Origin: an uncultured virus (IMG/VR IMGVR_UViG_2061766007_000547)
Taxonomy: Duplodnaviria > Heunggongvirae > Uroviricota > Caudoviricetes
Direction: 5' to 3' (one strand)
IMG/VR virus record: IMGVR_UViG_2061766007_000547
DNA length: 64,000 bases
The notes beneath the pieces are model-generated. The model was not told the origin of the DNA and searched no databases. It saw only the letters and a list, made by a program, of their open reading frames with translations. The position numbers and the translations under genes were made by a program. Shown here one piece after another: positions 9,920-19,376 of this stretch (positions within the stretch are counted from its first letter, which is position 1; each line of letters begins with the position of its first letter).

Positions 9920-10399
9920 ATGGCACAGAGTGTTATTAATTTATCACCCAAGCATGCCGTAGCTGGCAGCACCAGACTTGCTGCTACAAATGCTTCTGGC
10001 GGACTTGGAATTTTTGATATCAAGATTTCTAAGGATCTTGATAACGGAACTATCATTGGTAAGGGCGATCTTATAGCTGGTGAAGTTTATGCTATGGCAG
10101 CACCTACTACATTTACAGGTAAGATCATTGACAAGGCAGCAAACGGCAACTGGTATGTTGAAGTTTTAACTGCAGCAAATGCTTATCTCGTTCTTACAGT
10201 ACCTTCAACACCTTATGACTTCACTACTGCTATGGCAGCAGAGAGCACATTCTACAATGCAAAGGACGACATTGTTCGTGCTTATAAGCTTCATGTTGGT
10301 GATGTATTCGAGCTTTCAGATGAAGGCTTTGACGGAACAGCAGCTAAAGATGCGTCCGTATCAGTTGATTCCACAACCTATCAGGTTGAGGTTCAGTAA
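9920..10399 (+). CDS. capsid decoration / head stabilising protein
   Basis: 159 aa beta-rich protein between scaffold and MCP (DLDNGTIIGKG, YKLHVGDVFELS); strong RBS. Confidence 0.55.
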   Translation: MAQSVINLSPKHAVAGSTRLAATNASGGLGIFDIKISKDLDNGTIIGKGDLIAGEVYAMAAPTTFTGKIIDKAANGNWYVEVLTAANAYLVLTVPSTPYDFTTAMAAESTFYNAKDDIVRAYKLHVGDVFELSDEGFDGTAAKDASVSVDSTTYQVEVQ

Positions 10400-10419
10400 G
10401 GGAAAGGAGGTAAAAAATA

Positions 10420-10853
10420 ATGGGAAAGAAAATGTTTTTCACAAATGAGAATACCGCTAAAATCTTTGAGAGCAAAGAGTGCGGCTTTGAAGGATATTTT
10501 GATCTGATGCTTGATCTTGCAGATGGCAAGGCTATCTTTAACAAGGAAGGCAAGGAAGTAAGCAAGGACGATGCAAACAAGAAGCTTCGTCAGGTTATGT
10601 TCTCAGTTCTTGGTGTTGAGGAAGGCACAAAGGGAACAAGACTTATGCAGGCTATGCGCAGACATAAGATCGATGTTTATGAAGTTACTGAGAATATCCT
10701 TGAGGAGAAGATCAAGACTGGATGGGGAGACAATCCTTTCTTCAACGAGTTCGTTGAGATCAAGAACGCTGATGATGACGAGGTTAATGAGTTCTATGTA
10801 GATACTCCTTGTATCTTAATGGTATCTGAGTTATCAGGCGGACATCACAACCT
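10420..10853 (+). CDS. major capsid protein, exon 1
   Basis: Strong RBS and highly expressed codon usage. Joins 12015-12711 in frame (..GGHHNL-FRQRLPEGKTFSVKTSWYGVKVYTEY..), giving 376 aa. Confidence 0.8.
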
Positions 10854-12014
10854 TAAATTGTGTCTAAATAGGGTTCGTGTAGCGTGAGCTGCATGTAAAA
10901 ATACGAATCGAATTGCTGGAAAATCCTAAAGATAATCAAACCACAACGTAACGATGAAATATGCGTAAGCGTGATGGTTACGAAAGTAGAAAGAATTGAT
11001 TATATTAGAGCGAGGTTAAATCCCCTGCTCTTCTGCAATGGACAATCAGCAGCGAAGTCTCGAATAGAGAAACGTTCAACGACTATCCCATCGGTCATGG
11101 AAACATGACAATAGGAGTACGGCTCAAAGCGAGTGGGTGAAAATCCCTTAAATGGAAGTGGTTCGCATCCAATCAAGGATGAAGATATAGTCTATTCACA
11201 CATGAAAGCGTGTGGAGCGGAAACGCTCAACGGGGAGTAGCGTCCCTATAAAATATTATCCTAAAAAATACACACAGAAAAGAGACGATACAGTGTTAAG
11301 TTTAAAAGATAGAAAGTCTGGCATTTACTGCATAGAGGATTTGATAACTCACCGAAAGTATATTGGACAGTCGTCAAATATGTATTCGCGTCAGCGCAAA
11401 CATGTTTGCGAGCTTAATAATGGAAAGCATCATAATGATTATCTCCAAAAGGCGTGGTTAAAATATGGGGCTGAGAATTTTGATTTTTCAGTATTGGAAT
11501 ATTGTGATGTGAGTATGTTAGATGAGCGTGAATGTTATTATATTGATAAATATAATACGTTAGATCGTAGTATGGGTTATAATCTGGCAAGTGGTGGGCA
11601 GTTAAACAAAGATTCGGCGACTGATGTTGTTCGTGAAAGAGTTCGTGTTGGCGTTAAAAATTCATATGATGAATCGTTGCGTCAACAAAGAAGAGAACAA
11701 TTAAAAGCTCAATGGTCTGACCCAGAAATCAGGGCTAAACTCAGCAAGGGTGGCATGAATGGCAGACATCATACGGACGAAGTAAAACAACGTCTTAGCG
11801 CTTTTCGTAAAGGCAAAAGTTTTAATGCAAAATATGTTGATCATGTATTATGTGTTGAGACTGGCGTTATATATGATAATGCTCGTGTGGCTGCTAAAGA
11901 ATTATCTTTAGATTCGTCCTGTATTGTCAAAGTGTGCAAAGGTGACCGTTATGTGTGTGGCGGTTATCATTGGAAATTTATTAGTTAGGATAATATATAA
12001 GTTAAATAATTAAG
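10854..12014 (+). mobile_element. group I intron (IA-like) in the major capsid gene
   Basis: P1 AACCU/GGGUU with U10853.G10871; P10 UGUCUAAAU (10861-69) pairs with exon 2 GUUUAGACA. Core P AAUUGCUGGAAA (10911), Q AAUCAGCAGC (11044), R GUUCAACGACUAU (11074), S AAGAUAUAGUCU (11182); terminal G at 12014. Confidence 0.9.
11293..11988 (+). CDS. intron-encoded GIY-YIG homing endonuclease with NUMOD3/NUMOD1-like DNA-binding modules
   Basis: SGIYCIEDLITHRKYIGQS, LDERECYYI, GYN; GRHHTDEVKQRLS; C-terminal VLCVETG..AAKEL..IVKVCKG..GGYHW. Start uncertain (GTG 11293; the ORF opens at 11212). Confidence 0.9.
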   Translation: MLSLKDRKSGIYCIEDLITHRKYIGQSSNMYSRQRKHVCELNNGKHHNDYLQKAWLKYGAENFDFSVLEYCDVSMLDERECYYIDKYNTLDRSMGYNLASGGQLNKDSATDVVRERVRVGVKNSYDESLRQQRREQLKAQWSDPEIRAKLSKGGMNGRHHTDEVKQRLSAFRKGKSFNAKYVDHVLCVETGVIYDNARVAAKELSLDSSCIVKVCKGDRYVCGGYHWKFIS

Positions 12015-12711
12015 GTTTAGACAGAGATTACCCGAAGGTAAAACCTTTAGTGTAAAGACGTCCTGGTACGGGGTAAAGGTGTACACCGAATACTTCCGTT
12101 TCCTTACAGGCAAGATTGACTGGGCAGGCTTCATCAACAAGGTTTATGAGGCATTTGACAAGAAGATCAATGCTATGATCTACACTGCATTCGGTTCAGT
12201 TGGCGATGAGCTTCCTGCAGGCGGACAGTGGGTTAAGAGTTCTCCTCTTAATGACACAACTAAGCCCATTTTCGATGAGCTTATCGAGGATGTTGAGACT
12301 GCAAACGGCACAACAGTTACTATCATGGGAACAAGAGTTGGTCTTGGACAGCTTGTTAATCTTGACAATGTAAACTGGATCAGTGAGCAGGCTAAGCTTG
12401 ACCGTTATACTACTGGTCGTGTTGGCTACTACGAGGGCAGAAGGCTTGTTGAAATTTCTCAGGTATTCGCTGACAATGATACAACCACAAAGCTCGTTGA
12501 TAACAACAAGCTTTTGATCATGCCTAACGTTTCTGATAACAAGTTCATCAAGCTCTTTAACGAGGGACTTGCTCAGATCAGAGAGACCAATGATCAGAAT
12601 ACCAATATGGATATGACTCTTGATTTTGAATACCAGCGCAAGATGGGTGTTGGTGTTATCATCGGCAGACTGTTTGGTATCTGGAATATTACTGCTAATG
12701 TTAGCGGCTGA
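12015..12711 (+). CDS. major capsid protein, exon 2
   Basis: Frame is open from the 3' splice site and codon usage matches exon 1; followed by a strong terminator. Confidence 0.8.
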
Positions 12712-12715
12712 TAAA

Positions 12716-12745
12716 AGAGGGGCTGTTTTAACACAGCCCTTTTTT
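12716..12745 (+). terminator. intrinsic terminator after MCP
   Basis: GGGCTGT...ACAGCCC stem followed by TTTTTT. Confidence 0.75.
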
Positions 12746-12768
12746 AATTGATTAAAAGGAGAAAGAAT

Positions 12769-13293
12769 ATGGCAACTAAAAAAACAAATGAATCTAAGAT
12801 TATAAGAGCTGCAGAGCTGGAAAATGCTTCGATCAAGCCTAATGACATGATTGAGGTTTCGTCTGTAACAGCGGGCGAACTTATTATGATAGGTCGTAAG
12901 AGCCGCCGTCTGTATAGATGGAAAGATTATGGTGATATAGCCTATGTTGAGTATCAGGATTTGATTGCTGAGAAATTCAGCGGTACAAGTAAGTACCTGT
13001 ATGATCCGCTGTTTATTATTAATAGTCCTGAAGTTCTTGAACAGCAGGAGTTTAAGACTGTTGCTGATCTGTATAATAACGTTTTGTCAACAAAGGACAT
13101 AGATAAGCTTTTTGCTTTAGATCTTCCGTCCTTTGAAAGATCGCTGAAGGGACTTCCTAAAGGATTAAAGAATAGCGTTAAGTCTATTGCTGCTAAGAAG
13201 ATTCTTGATGGCAGTCTTGATAGTATCAATAAAATAAAGGCGATTGATTCGATCTTAGGTTCTGATCTGTTTAACAGTTATATCGGTGGTTGA
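12769..13293 (+). CDS. hypothetical protein (head module)
   Basis: AGGAG RBS; position directly after MCP. Confidence 0.6.
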   Translation: MATKKTNESKIIRAAELENASIKPNDMIEVSSVTAGELIMIGRKSRRLYRWKDYGDIAYVEYQDLIAEKFSGTSKYLYDPLFIINSPEVLEQQEFKTVADLYNNVLSTKDIDKLFALDLPSFERSLKGLPKGLKNSVKSIAAKKILDGSLDSINKIKAIDSILGSDLFNSYIGG

Positions 13294-13307
13294 TCGGGGG
13301 AATCAGT

Positions 13308-13775
13308 ATGCTCTCTATTGAATTTGATGTTATCTACGAGCGTTTTTTATCGCAAACTCAGGCGTATGACCTGCTCACTTTACAGGAAGATGACGCAAGG
13401 CAGAAACTTGAGGCGTGGCTTAAATCGGTAAAGTCAAGTCCGAGAGTGCGTAAAATGTTTACATCATGTACGGTCATTGCCGAAACTGAGACCATAGAAT
13501 GCGAATTAAAAAACAAGGTGGATGATGAATCGGATACCGAGTTTGTAGTTGAAATGCTTGGACTGGGGCTTATCTGGAAATGGGTTAGCGAACAGTATAA
13601 TTCTGTACTCTTGACAAAGCAATATTTGGGCAGTGGGCAGAAAAAGTTCTATTCGCAGTCGGCTCATATGAAAGAAATGCATGACATGTTTAAACAGGCT
13701 AAATCAGAGTTCTTTGGGTTTATCAGGGATCATGGTACATATAATAACTCCTACATTAAAGGTGAGGGGGTATGA
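13308..13775 (+). CDS. putative head-tail adaptor
   Basis: Helical ~155 aa protein with KKFYSQSAHMKEM near the C-terminus; positional call. Confidence 0.45.
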   Translation: MLSIEFDVIYERFLSQTQAYDLLTLQEDDARQKLEAWLKSVKSSPRVRKMFTSCTVIAETETIECELKNKVDDESDTEFVVEMLGLGLIWKWVSEQYNSVLLTKQYLGSGQKKFYSQSAHMKEMHDMFKQAKSEFFGFIRDHGTYNNSYIKGEGV

Positions 13776-14086
13776 ACGTGATAACAGGTAAATACGGAAC
13801 ATTTAGCGATGAACAGTTTGAACAGTTCAAAAAGAAACTGCATAGCAAGGTACATTGGCTTCTACTTTATAAAGAAAAAGGCAACTGTGATTTTTATGAG
13901 AAATATTTTACTGACACCATGAAATACTTTAACAGTTTAAATACTGTTTTGGAAAATAATGAAAAAGTGATTGATGTTCTCGTAGTATTGCAGATTGCAT
14001 TTGATGAGGTTCATAAGAAAGACTTTGACTTCAAGACTTTCAAGAAAGAAATTTTTGAAGCTCATAATATCATTGATAGAATGTGA
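13772..14086 (+). CDS. hypothetical protein
   Basis: 104 aa ORF coupled by an ATGA overlap. Confidence 0.6.
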   Translation: MNVITGKYGTFSDEQFEQFKKKLHSKVHWLLLYKEKGNCDFYEKYFTDTMKYFNSLNTVLENNEKVIDVLVVLQIAFDEVHKKDFDFKTFKKEIFEAHNIIDRM

Positions 14087-14096
14087 GGTGGTTTAA

Positions 14097-15275
14097 ATGA
14101 TTACCTTGCAGAATTATGATGCATATGCTAAAAGCAAAAGCATAGGTAAGATCAGAAAAGCAATGTCTGATATGATCGAGGAGTTCTCATGGAACAACGA
14201 GATTGAAAGCCGCATAGGATATTTTTATGATTGGTATCACGATGCAGAACAGACAACCCTTGATAATCTTGAGCCGTGGAAAAATGCTAGAAAGATTCCT
14301 GTGGATATTAAATTCATAGTATCGTCTAATCAGACTATGGCAAAAGATGCGATAACATATCATTTACAGCTGCGTCCTAGTCAGGACGTCTGTGTGGATT
14401 ATTACAAGGAAATGTTTGAGAAGCGTTATGGTGCAACATTCCCGTGTGGTTTGTATGTGGATATTGAAGATAGAAACGGCATATGGAACAGGTGGCTGGT
14501 AGTAGCTCAGGCTGACTATAATGATCCCCAGTTTCCGACGTTTGAAATCTTGAGATGTGATTATGTTTTAAATGCAATAATTGATGGTATTAAGTACAAC
14601 TTTCCGATCGCGCTGAGAAGCCAGTCGTCTTATAACTCTGGTGTATGGCGTGATTACAGAACCGAAACGATTGAAGATCAGCAAAAGTTTATGATACCTT
14701 TGAACAGGCTGACGGAAAAGATCTGGTATAACATGAGGTTCTTAATAGACAACATGGTTATTACAGATGAATGTAGGGCTTGGAGAATAAGCAAGGTTAA
14801 CCGCATTAATTTCAGAGGATTGATGATGGCGACGCTTGTGCAGGATCACTTTAATAAAAATACAGACCTGATAGAAAAAGATGAGGGCGGCAATACTGTT
14901 GCTCTCTGGGCTGATATTTATAGTGAACCTGTAACTCCTGAAGATTATGAGCCTGAAACACATAGCGCTGAATATGGCATGATAACTTGTGCTGGTAAGA
15001 ACGAGATTAAAGTCGGCGGATCGTACAAGAAACTTACTATTAATTTCTTTGATAGTGAGGGACAGCCCGTCGCATATAAGTCAGGAACTTGGGGTTTCAA
15101 GATTGATGATGAGGTTATTACTCCTACGGTTAGTACTGAGGGTGTTGATGAAAACCAAATTAAGATCAAACTTCCGAATGAAGGCTTGTATATTAATAAA
15201 ATCCTTACCATAACATTTACTGTGACGGATGGTGGAGCCAAAACAGTACATGAAATGTCTGTGGTAAGTTTGTAA
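14097..15275 (+). CDS. putative head-closure/neck protein with C-terminal Ig-like domain
   Basis: Position in the neck module; beta-rich C-terminus; GAGGTG RBS. Confidence 0.45.
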   Translation: MITLQNYDAYAKSKSIGKIRKAMSDMIEEFSWNNEIESRIGYFYDWYHDAEQTTLDNLEPWKNARKIPVDIKFIVSSNQTMAKDAITYHLQLRPSQDVCVDYYKEMFEKRYGATFPCGLYVDIEDRNGIWNRWLVVAQADYNDPQFPTFEILRCDYVLNAIIDGIKYNFPIALRSQSSYNSGVWRDYRTETIEDQQKFMIPLNRLTEKIWYNMRFLIDNMVITDECRAWRISKVNRINFRGLMMATLVQDHFNKNTDLIEKDEGGNTVALWADIYSEPVTPEDYEPETHSAEYGMITCAGKNEIKVGGSYKKLTINFFDSEGQPVAYKSGTWGFKIDDEVITPTVSTEGVDENQIKIKLPNEGLYINKILTITFTVTDGGAKTVHEMSVVSL

Positions 15276-15288
15276 AGGGGGATTATGT

Positions 15289-15885
15289 ATGACGTGGAAT
15301 GAAGATGACGTTAGACGTCTGCTTTTGTTTAAAGATAAAAGTGATGCTGATGAAGTCAGAATTAAAGAGATCATCAAACAGAACCTCCTGAATGATAAAT
15401 ATATATTGCACGTGCTGGATAATAAGGAACTTGAAAAAGACCTTGAAGATGACGGCACTGGAGCTGATGCATATTTTGGTGAGAATATCTTGCCATTTTA
15501 TAATATTATGCCAACTCAGAGTGCAACTTCAACGTTTATCTGTTATGAGGTATCCTGTGAAAAAGACAGGTATGCTAAGAATAATGGACAAAAGAAGCTT
15601 AGGATAATCTTCTATGTATTGGTTGATCAAAAAATCATTTATGATAGAGATACGGGGATAGCTAAACATGATCTACTCTCCGCTCTTATTCAGAATAAAT
15701 TTAATTATACCAATTATTTTGGAAGGAAGATACATTTGATTTCCAATGTTCCGTCCGTCACAGATAATCAGTATTCATGTCGTACTCTCATATTCGAGCA
15801 ATTGACTGATGATAATGTCGTTAAGAGTTTTGATATGGGGTATGGTTTTGAAACGAGATTTGCCAATAAGGACACTGTTTATTAA
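15289..15885 (+). CDS. putative tail terminator / tail completion protein
   Basis: Positional; FICYEV, RIIFYVLV, HDLLSALIQNKFN and YSCRTLIF pattern. Confidence 0.45.
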   Translation: MTWNEDDVRRLLLFKDKSDADEVRIKEIIKQNLLNDKYILHVLDNKELEKDLEDDGTGADAYFGENILPFYNIMPTQSATSTFICYEVSCEKDRYAKNNGQKKLRIIFYVLVDQKIIYDRDTGIAKHDLLSALIQNKFNYTNYFGRKIHLISNVPSVTDNQYSCRTLIFEQLTDDNVVKSFDMGYGFETRFANKDTVY

Positions 15886-16718
15886 TGGCAACAACTGTTA
15901 TAGACGGATTTAAAAAGGACATAAAACGAAAGACAAGGTATCCACTTTTACACTTTGATATGCTTAGAATGTATTTCGGCAAACCATATGAAATTGATCT
16001 GCCGTCAGCTGACGGGGTGATCACGATATATGTACCGAGTATTAAAGATATCATTGATATTGGAGAAGAGAGATTTTATAATACGGTTAACGTGTTTACG
16101 ACTAATACTACTCAATATAGGCTGCCTCTTAGTAAGGCAGAACCGCCGATAGACTGGAATGAGATAAGTGACTTTGATCTTTTTAGGAGCCTGTATAAAC
16201 AGGCTGATCCTGAGGTTGTCAAGTGCCTGTTTGGTGATCTGAGGCTTAATGAGTTTGAAGTGTTTATTAAGGAAAAGAAGTCGGTGATTTTGTATCATGA
16301 AGCGGCTAAGATTGAGATAAATGAAGAGGTTTATCAGCATATTGCGCAATATTTACGGCTTGTATTCCACATACAGGTTGAAGAAAAGCTAACCAAAGAT
16401 CCTGTATTGAAGCAGATGTTTCTGGCGAAAGATCAGACAGCTTTGGAAATAGCAAAAAAGAAAAAAGATAAGGGCAAGGACGAACAGGGTTCAATCCAGC
16501 CTTTAGTATCTGCTTGTGTTAATCACCCTGGGTTTAAGTATAAACTGCATGAACTTGAAGAAGTAAATATCTGTGAGTTTTATGATAGCGTGGCTCGATT
16601 AAGAATTTATGAAAGTACACGTGCTCTTATGCAGGGAAGTTATTCTGGTATGGTTGATACAAGCAAGATAGATGTTGAAAATTTCAACTTTATGCGAAAA
16701 ATAAATAATGGAGGATAA
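15885..16718 (+). CDS. hypothetical tail-module protein (possible assembly chaperone)
   Basis: 277 aa immediately before the major tail protein. Confidence 0.45.
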   Translation: MATTVIDGFKKDIKRKTRYPLLHFDMLRMYFGKPYEIDLPSADGVITIYVPSIKDIIDIGEERFYNTVNVFTTNTTQYRLPLSKAEPPIDWNEISDFDLFRSLYKQADPEVVKCLFGDLRLNEFEVFIKEKKSVILYHEAAKIEINEEVYQHIAQYLRLVFHIQVEEKLTKDPVLKQMFLAKDQTALEIAKKKKDKGKDEQGSIQPLVSACVNHPGFKYKLHELEEVNICEFYDSVARLRIYESTRALMQGSYSGMVDTSKIDVENFNFMRKINNGG

Positions 16719-16722
16719 AACA

Positions 16723-17568
16723 ATGGCTTTTGTACTTGGTAATTTTAACATTGACGAGATCATCAGAGCCGCTGCTGAGAATTTCAGTGGCAGTTTGCTG
16801 TATGTACTTGATCAGTTAAGCGGAGCTTCCATCGAGATTACATCTGACAGCACCGAAATTACTGATAAGCGTGGTAATACAGTAAGAACGATCTACAAGA
16901 CAAAGAAGGGTACATTCAATGCTACATCGGCATTCATGACACCCGCAATCCTGAACAATGCTTCTGGCTCTTCTATTCAGAAAGCAACTGCAACCGCACC
17001 TATCAATATGCCTAAGTTCATGCTTATTGCCGCAGGTTCTGCCGCTGTTACTCTTGATACTGGTGTTGACGCATCTACAATCAAGGTTATGGCTATCTTT
17101 GGTAGTGGTGCTAATGGTGAATCTCTTACAAAGGTTACCACTGGTGATCCTACTTATGATGACTCAACAAGCACTTACACATATCTGTATGATGCAACAA
17201 ATAAGAAGATCACTATTCCTGCTAGTGGAGAAGGCAAGCCTACTCAGTACTTCGTAATGTACACCAGATCTGAGACCGCTGGTTACAAGATGGAGAATAC
17301 TGCTGATAAGTATCCCGATACTTGTAGACTTACCCTTTACTGCTCATACGTTGATCCTTGTGACGATTCTCTTCGTGCTTGCTACGTTGTACTGCCTTCG
17401 TTCACAGCTTCACCTGAGACAACCATCAATCTTAATGCAGATGAGCAGGAAATGAGCTTCAGCGGCAACCTTAACGTTGACTACTGTGCAAGTTCACCTG
17501 TTCTTTACTACATTTACTTCCCTGATGAGGATGCTGTTAAAACTGCTATTTATAACGCATCTACCTGA
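16723..17568 (+). CDS. major tail (tube) protein
   Basis: Thr/Ser/Ala-rich beta protein with highly expressed codon usage, GGAGG RBS and a strong terminator after it. Confidence 0.65.
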   Translation: MAFVLGNFNIDEIIRAAAENFSGSLLYVLDQLSGASIEITSDSTEITDKRGNTVRTIYKTKKGTFNATSAFMTPAILNNASGSSIQKATATAPINMPKFMLIAAGSAAVTLDTGVDASTIKVMAIFGSGANGESLTKVTTGDPTYDDSTSTYTYLYDATNKKITIPASGEGKPTQYFVMYTRSETAGYKMENTADKYPDTCRLTLYCSYVDPCDDSLRACYVVLPSFTASPETTINLNADEQEMSFSGNLNVDYCASSPVLYYIYFPDEDAVKTAIYNAST

Positions 17569-17583
17569 TCTTAGGGTTCTGAC

Positions 17584-17618
17584 GGCAGGAGGGTAAGACA
17601 CCCTCCTGTCATATTTTT
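17584..17618 (+). terminator. intrinsic terminator
   Basis: GGCAGGAGGGT/ACCCTCCTGTC stem followed by ATATTTTT. Confidence 0.7.
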
Positions 17619-17638
17619 AGAAAGGACGGTATCGTCGT

Positions 17639-17974
17639 ATGGCACATGAGAAAAAATGTATGATCTGTGGTCAGATATATAGATACTGCCCCAGATGTGA
17701 TGAGTTTAAAGGACTGCCTACGTGGATGACTGAGTTTGACAGTGAAAATTGCAGATCGCTTTATTATGATGTAATAAATCCTTTTGCATTTAAACACATC
17801 ACAAAAGAAGAAGCTTTGAATAGGCTTAAGAACATTCAAGTACCAAAGACAGATAGTGCTCCCGCTGACGTTAAAAAGGTTCTTAATGAACTTTTGGCAG
17901 TCGATATAAAGGAGAAGCCTGTTGAGGAACCGAAGTCTAAAAAGAAGCCGATATTCAAAAATAAAGAGGATTGA
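17639..17974 (+). CDS. Cys-rich (CxxC-CxxC) hypothetical protein
   Basis: KCMICGQIYRYCPRC...FDSENC. Confidence 0.65.
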   Translation: MAHEKKCMICGQIYRYCPRCDEFKGLPTWMTEFDSENCRSLYYDVINPFAFKHITKEEALNRLKNIQVPKTDSAPADVKKVLNELLAVDIKEKPVEEPKSKKKPIFKNKED

Positions 17975-17977
17975 GAT

Positions 17978-18014
17978 AAAGGCATGATCATTTTGGGTGG
18001 TTGTGCCTTTTTTT
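17978..18014 (+). terminator. intrinsic terminator
   Basis: GGCATGATCA/TGGTTGTGCC stem (with G-U pairs) followed by 7 T. Confidence 0.6.
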
Positions 18015-18036
18015 GTTGAAGAAAAGGATTAAGCGT

Positions 18037-18282
18037 ATGAGCGAATATATGAGATTTAGTACAGTAACGAATAAAAAATATAATATGTTTAATACTGTCA
18101 GAATATTGAATATGGAACAATGGAGCTTTTATATGGATCGGGGTGTTAATCCTGTAGATATAAAGGTGACCGAGAGTAACCGCAGTGATAAAAAAATGGT
18201 GGCTTTTTACTTTGATAAAGATGAGACTAAGAATGTGTATGCCGAATGGTGTGCCTATAAAGAAGGGCGTGATTCACAATGA
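18037..18282 (+). CDS. hypothetical protein
   Basis: AAGGA RBS; coupled to the desulfurase gene. Confidence 0.55.
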   Translation: MSEYMRFSTVTNKKYNMFNTVRILNMEQWSFYMDRGVNPVDIKVTESNRSDKKMVAFYFDKDETKNVYAEWCAYKEGRDSQ

Positions 18283-19376
18283 TCTATCTTGATAATGCAG
18301 CTTCAACAAAGCCGAGTGACAAGGTTATACAGGCACTTAATGAGGCGTTGCAGTGTTATGGAAACCCGTCATCGTTGCATGATGAAGGACAAAAGGCTCA
18401 GCGCTTGATCATGAAAGCTGAGAATATAATCCGTACAAAGATCAATGCTGATGATAAAGATGCTATAGTGTTTACATCTGGTGCAACAATGAGCAACAGC
18501 ATATTTATACAGGGCTGGTTAAGAAGGCACCCTAAAGGACGTTTGATCATATCGACTGTTGAACACAGTGATATCATGTTGCTGGCTGATTATCTTGAAA
18601 AACATGGTACTGATGTTGTACGTGTTCATGTAGATAATTGTGGTGCTGTAGATCTAAGTGCTTTGGAGTTTGCAGCGAATTGTGCATATCGGAATCACAA
18701 ACCTTTTTTATGTTCAATACAGGCTGCTAATGGCGAGTGTGGAACAATTCAGGATATAAGATTGATAGGTAAAATTGTGCATATGTATGGCGGAGTATTT
18801 CACAGTGACATAACGCAATATCTGCCGTATTATTCAATTGATATGTCTGATAAATGTTTTGATGCATTTAGCATGTCTGGACAGAAAATAGGTTCGATCA
18901 AAGGTACTGGTCTTTTATATATTCGTAATGGGATCAAGATTGATCCTGTGATATTTGGAGAACAGGGGCTTGTCGGCGGCACGGAAAATGTGCAGGGAAT
19001 AGCATGTCTTGGCACTGCTTTTAATGAACTTGAATATGATAATAATGAGCTTATAGATAAACAGATGGAATTGATCAAAGGACTTATACCTTATGGTCGG
19101 CTTATGGGTTCAGCGCATAGGCGGCTTCCTAATAATGTTTATTGGGCGTTTGATAAATATGATTTTGAATCGCTGGTTACATTGCTTGATGGGTTTGGGA
19201 TAGAGGTGTCGGCTGGTGCTGCATGCTCTTCTGGAAAGCCGTCGCACGTTGTAATGGCGATGGGTGAGAGTGAGGACTTGGCACGAAAGTGCGTTAGGTT
19301 TTCATTATCGAAAGATACAACTTATGAAGAAATTGATGAGACTATAAGGACTATAAGGGAGATTTTGACATTATGA
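18279..19376 (+). CDS. iscS: cysteine desulfurase (IscS/NifS, PLP-dependent)
   Basis: IYLDNAAST, GNPSSLH, VFTSGAT, STVEH, HSDITQ, SMSGQK (PLP lysine), GGTEN and catalytic-loop SAGAACSSG. Confidence 0.92.
   Translation: MIYLDNAASTKPSDKVIQALNEALQCYGNPSSLHDEGQKAQRLIMKAENIIRTKINADDKDAIVFTSGATMSNSIFIQGWLRRHPKGRLIISTVEHSDIMLLADYLEKHGTDVVRVHVDNCGAVDLSALEFAANCAYRNHKPFLCSIQAANGECGTIQDIRLIGKIVHMYGGVFHSDITQYLPYYSIDMSDKCFDAFSMSGQKIGSIKGTGLLYIRNGIKIDPVIFGEQGLVGGTENVQGIACLGTAFNELEYDNNELIDKQMELIKGLIPYGRLMGSAHRRLPNNVYWAFDKYDFESLVTLLDGFGIEVSAGAACSSGKPSHVVMAMGESEDLARKCVRFSLSKDTTYEEIDETIRTIREILTL

Noticed and set aside
18279..19376. Dnd/Ssp phosphorothioation system
   Set aside because: Only the desulfurase is present; no DndC/D/E or Ssp-like genes in the window.
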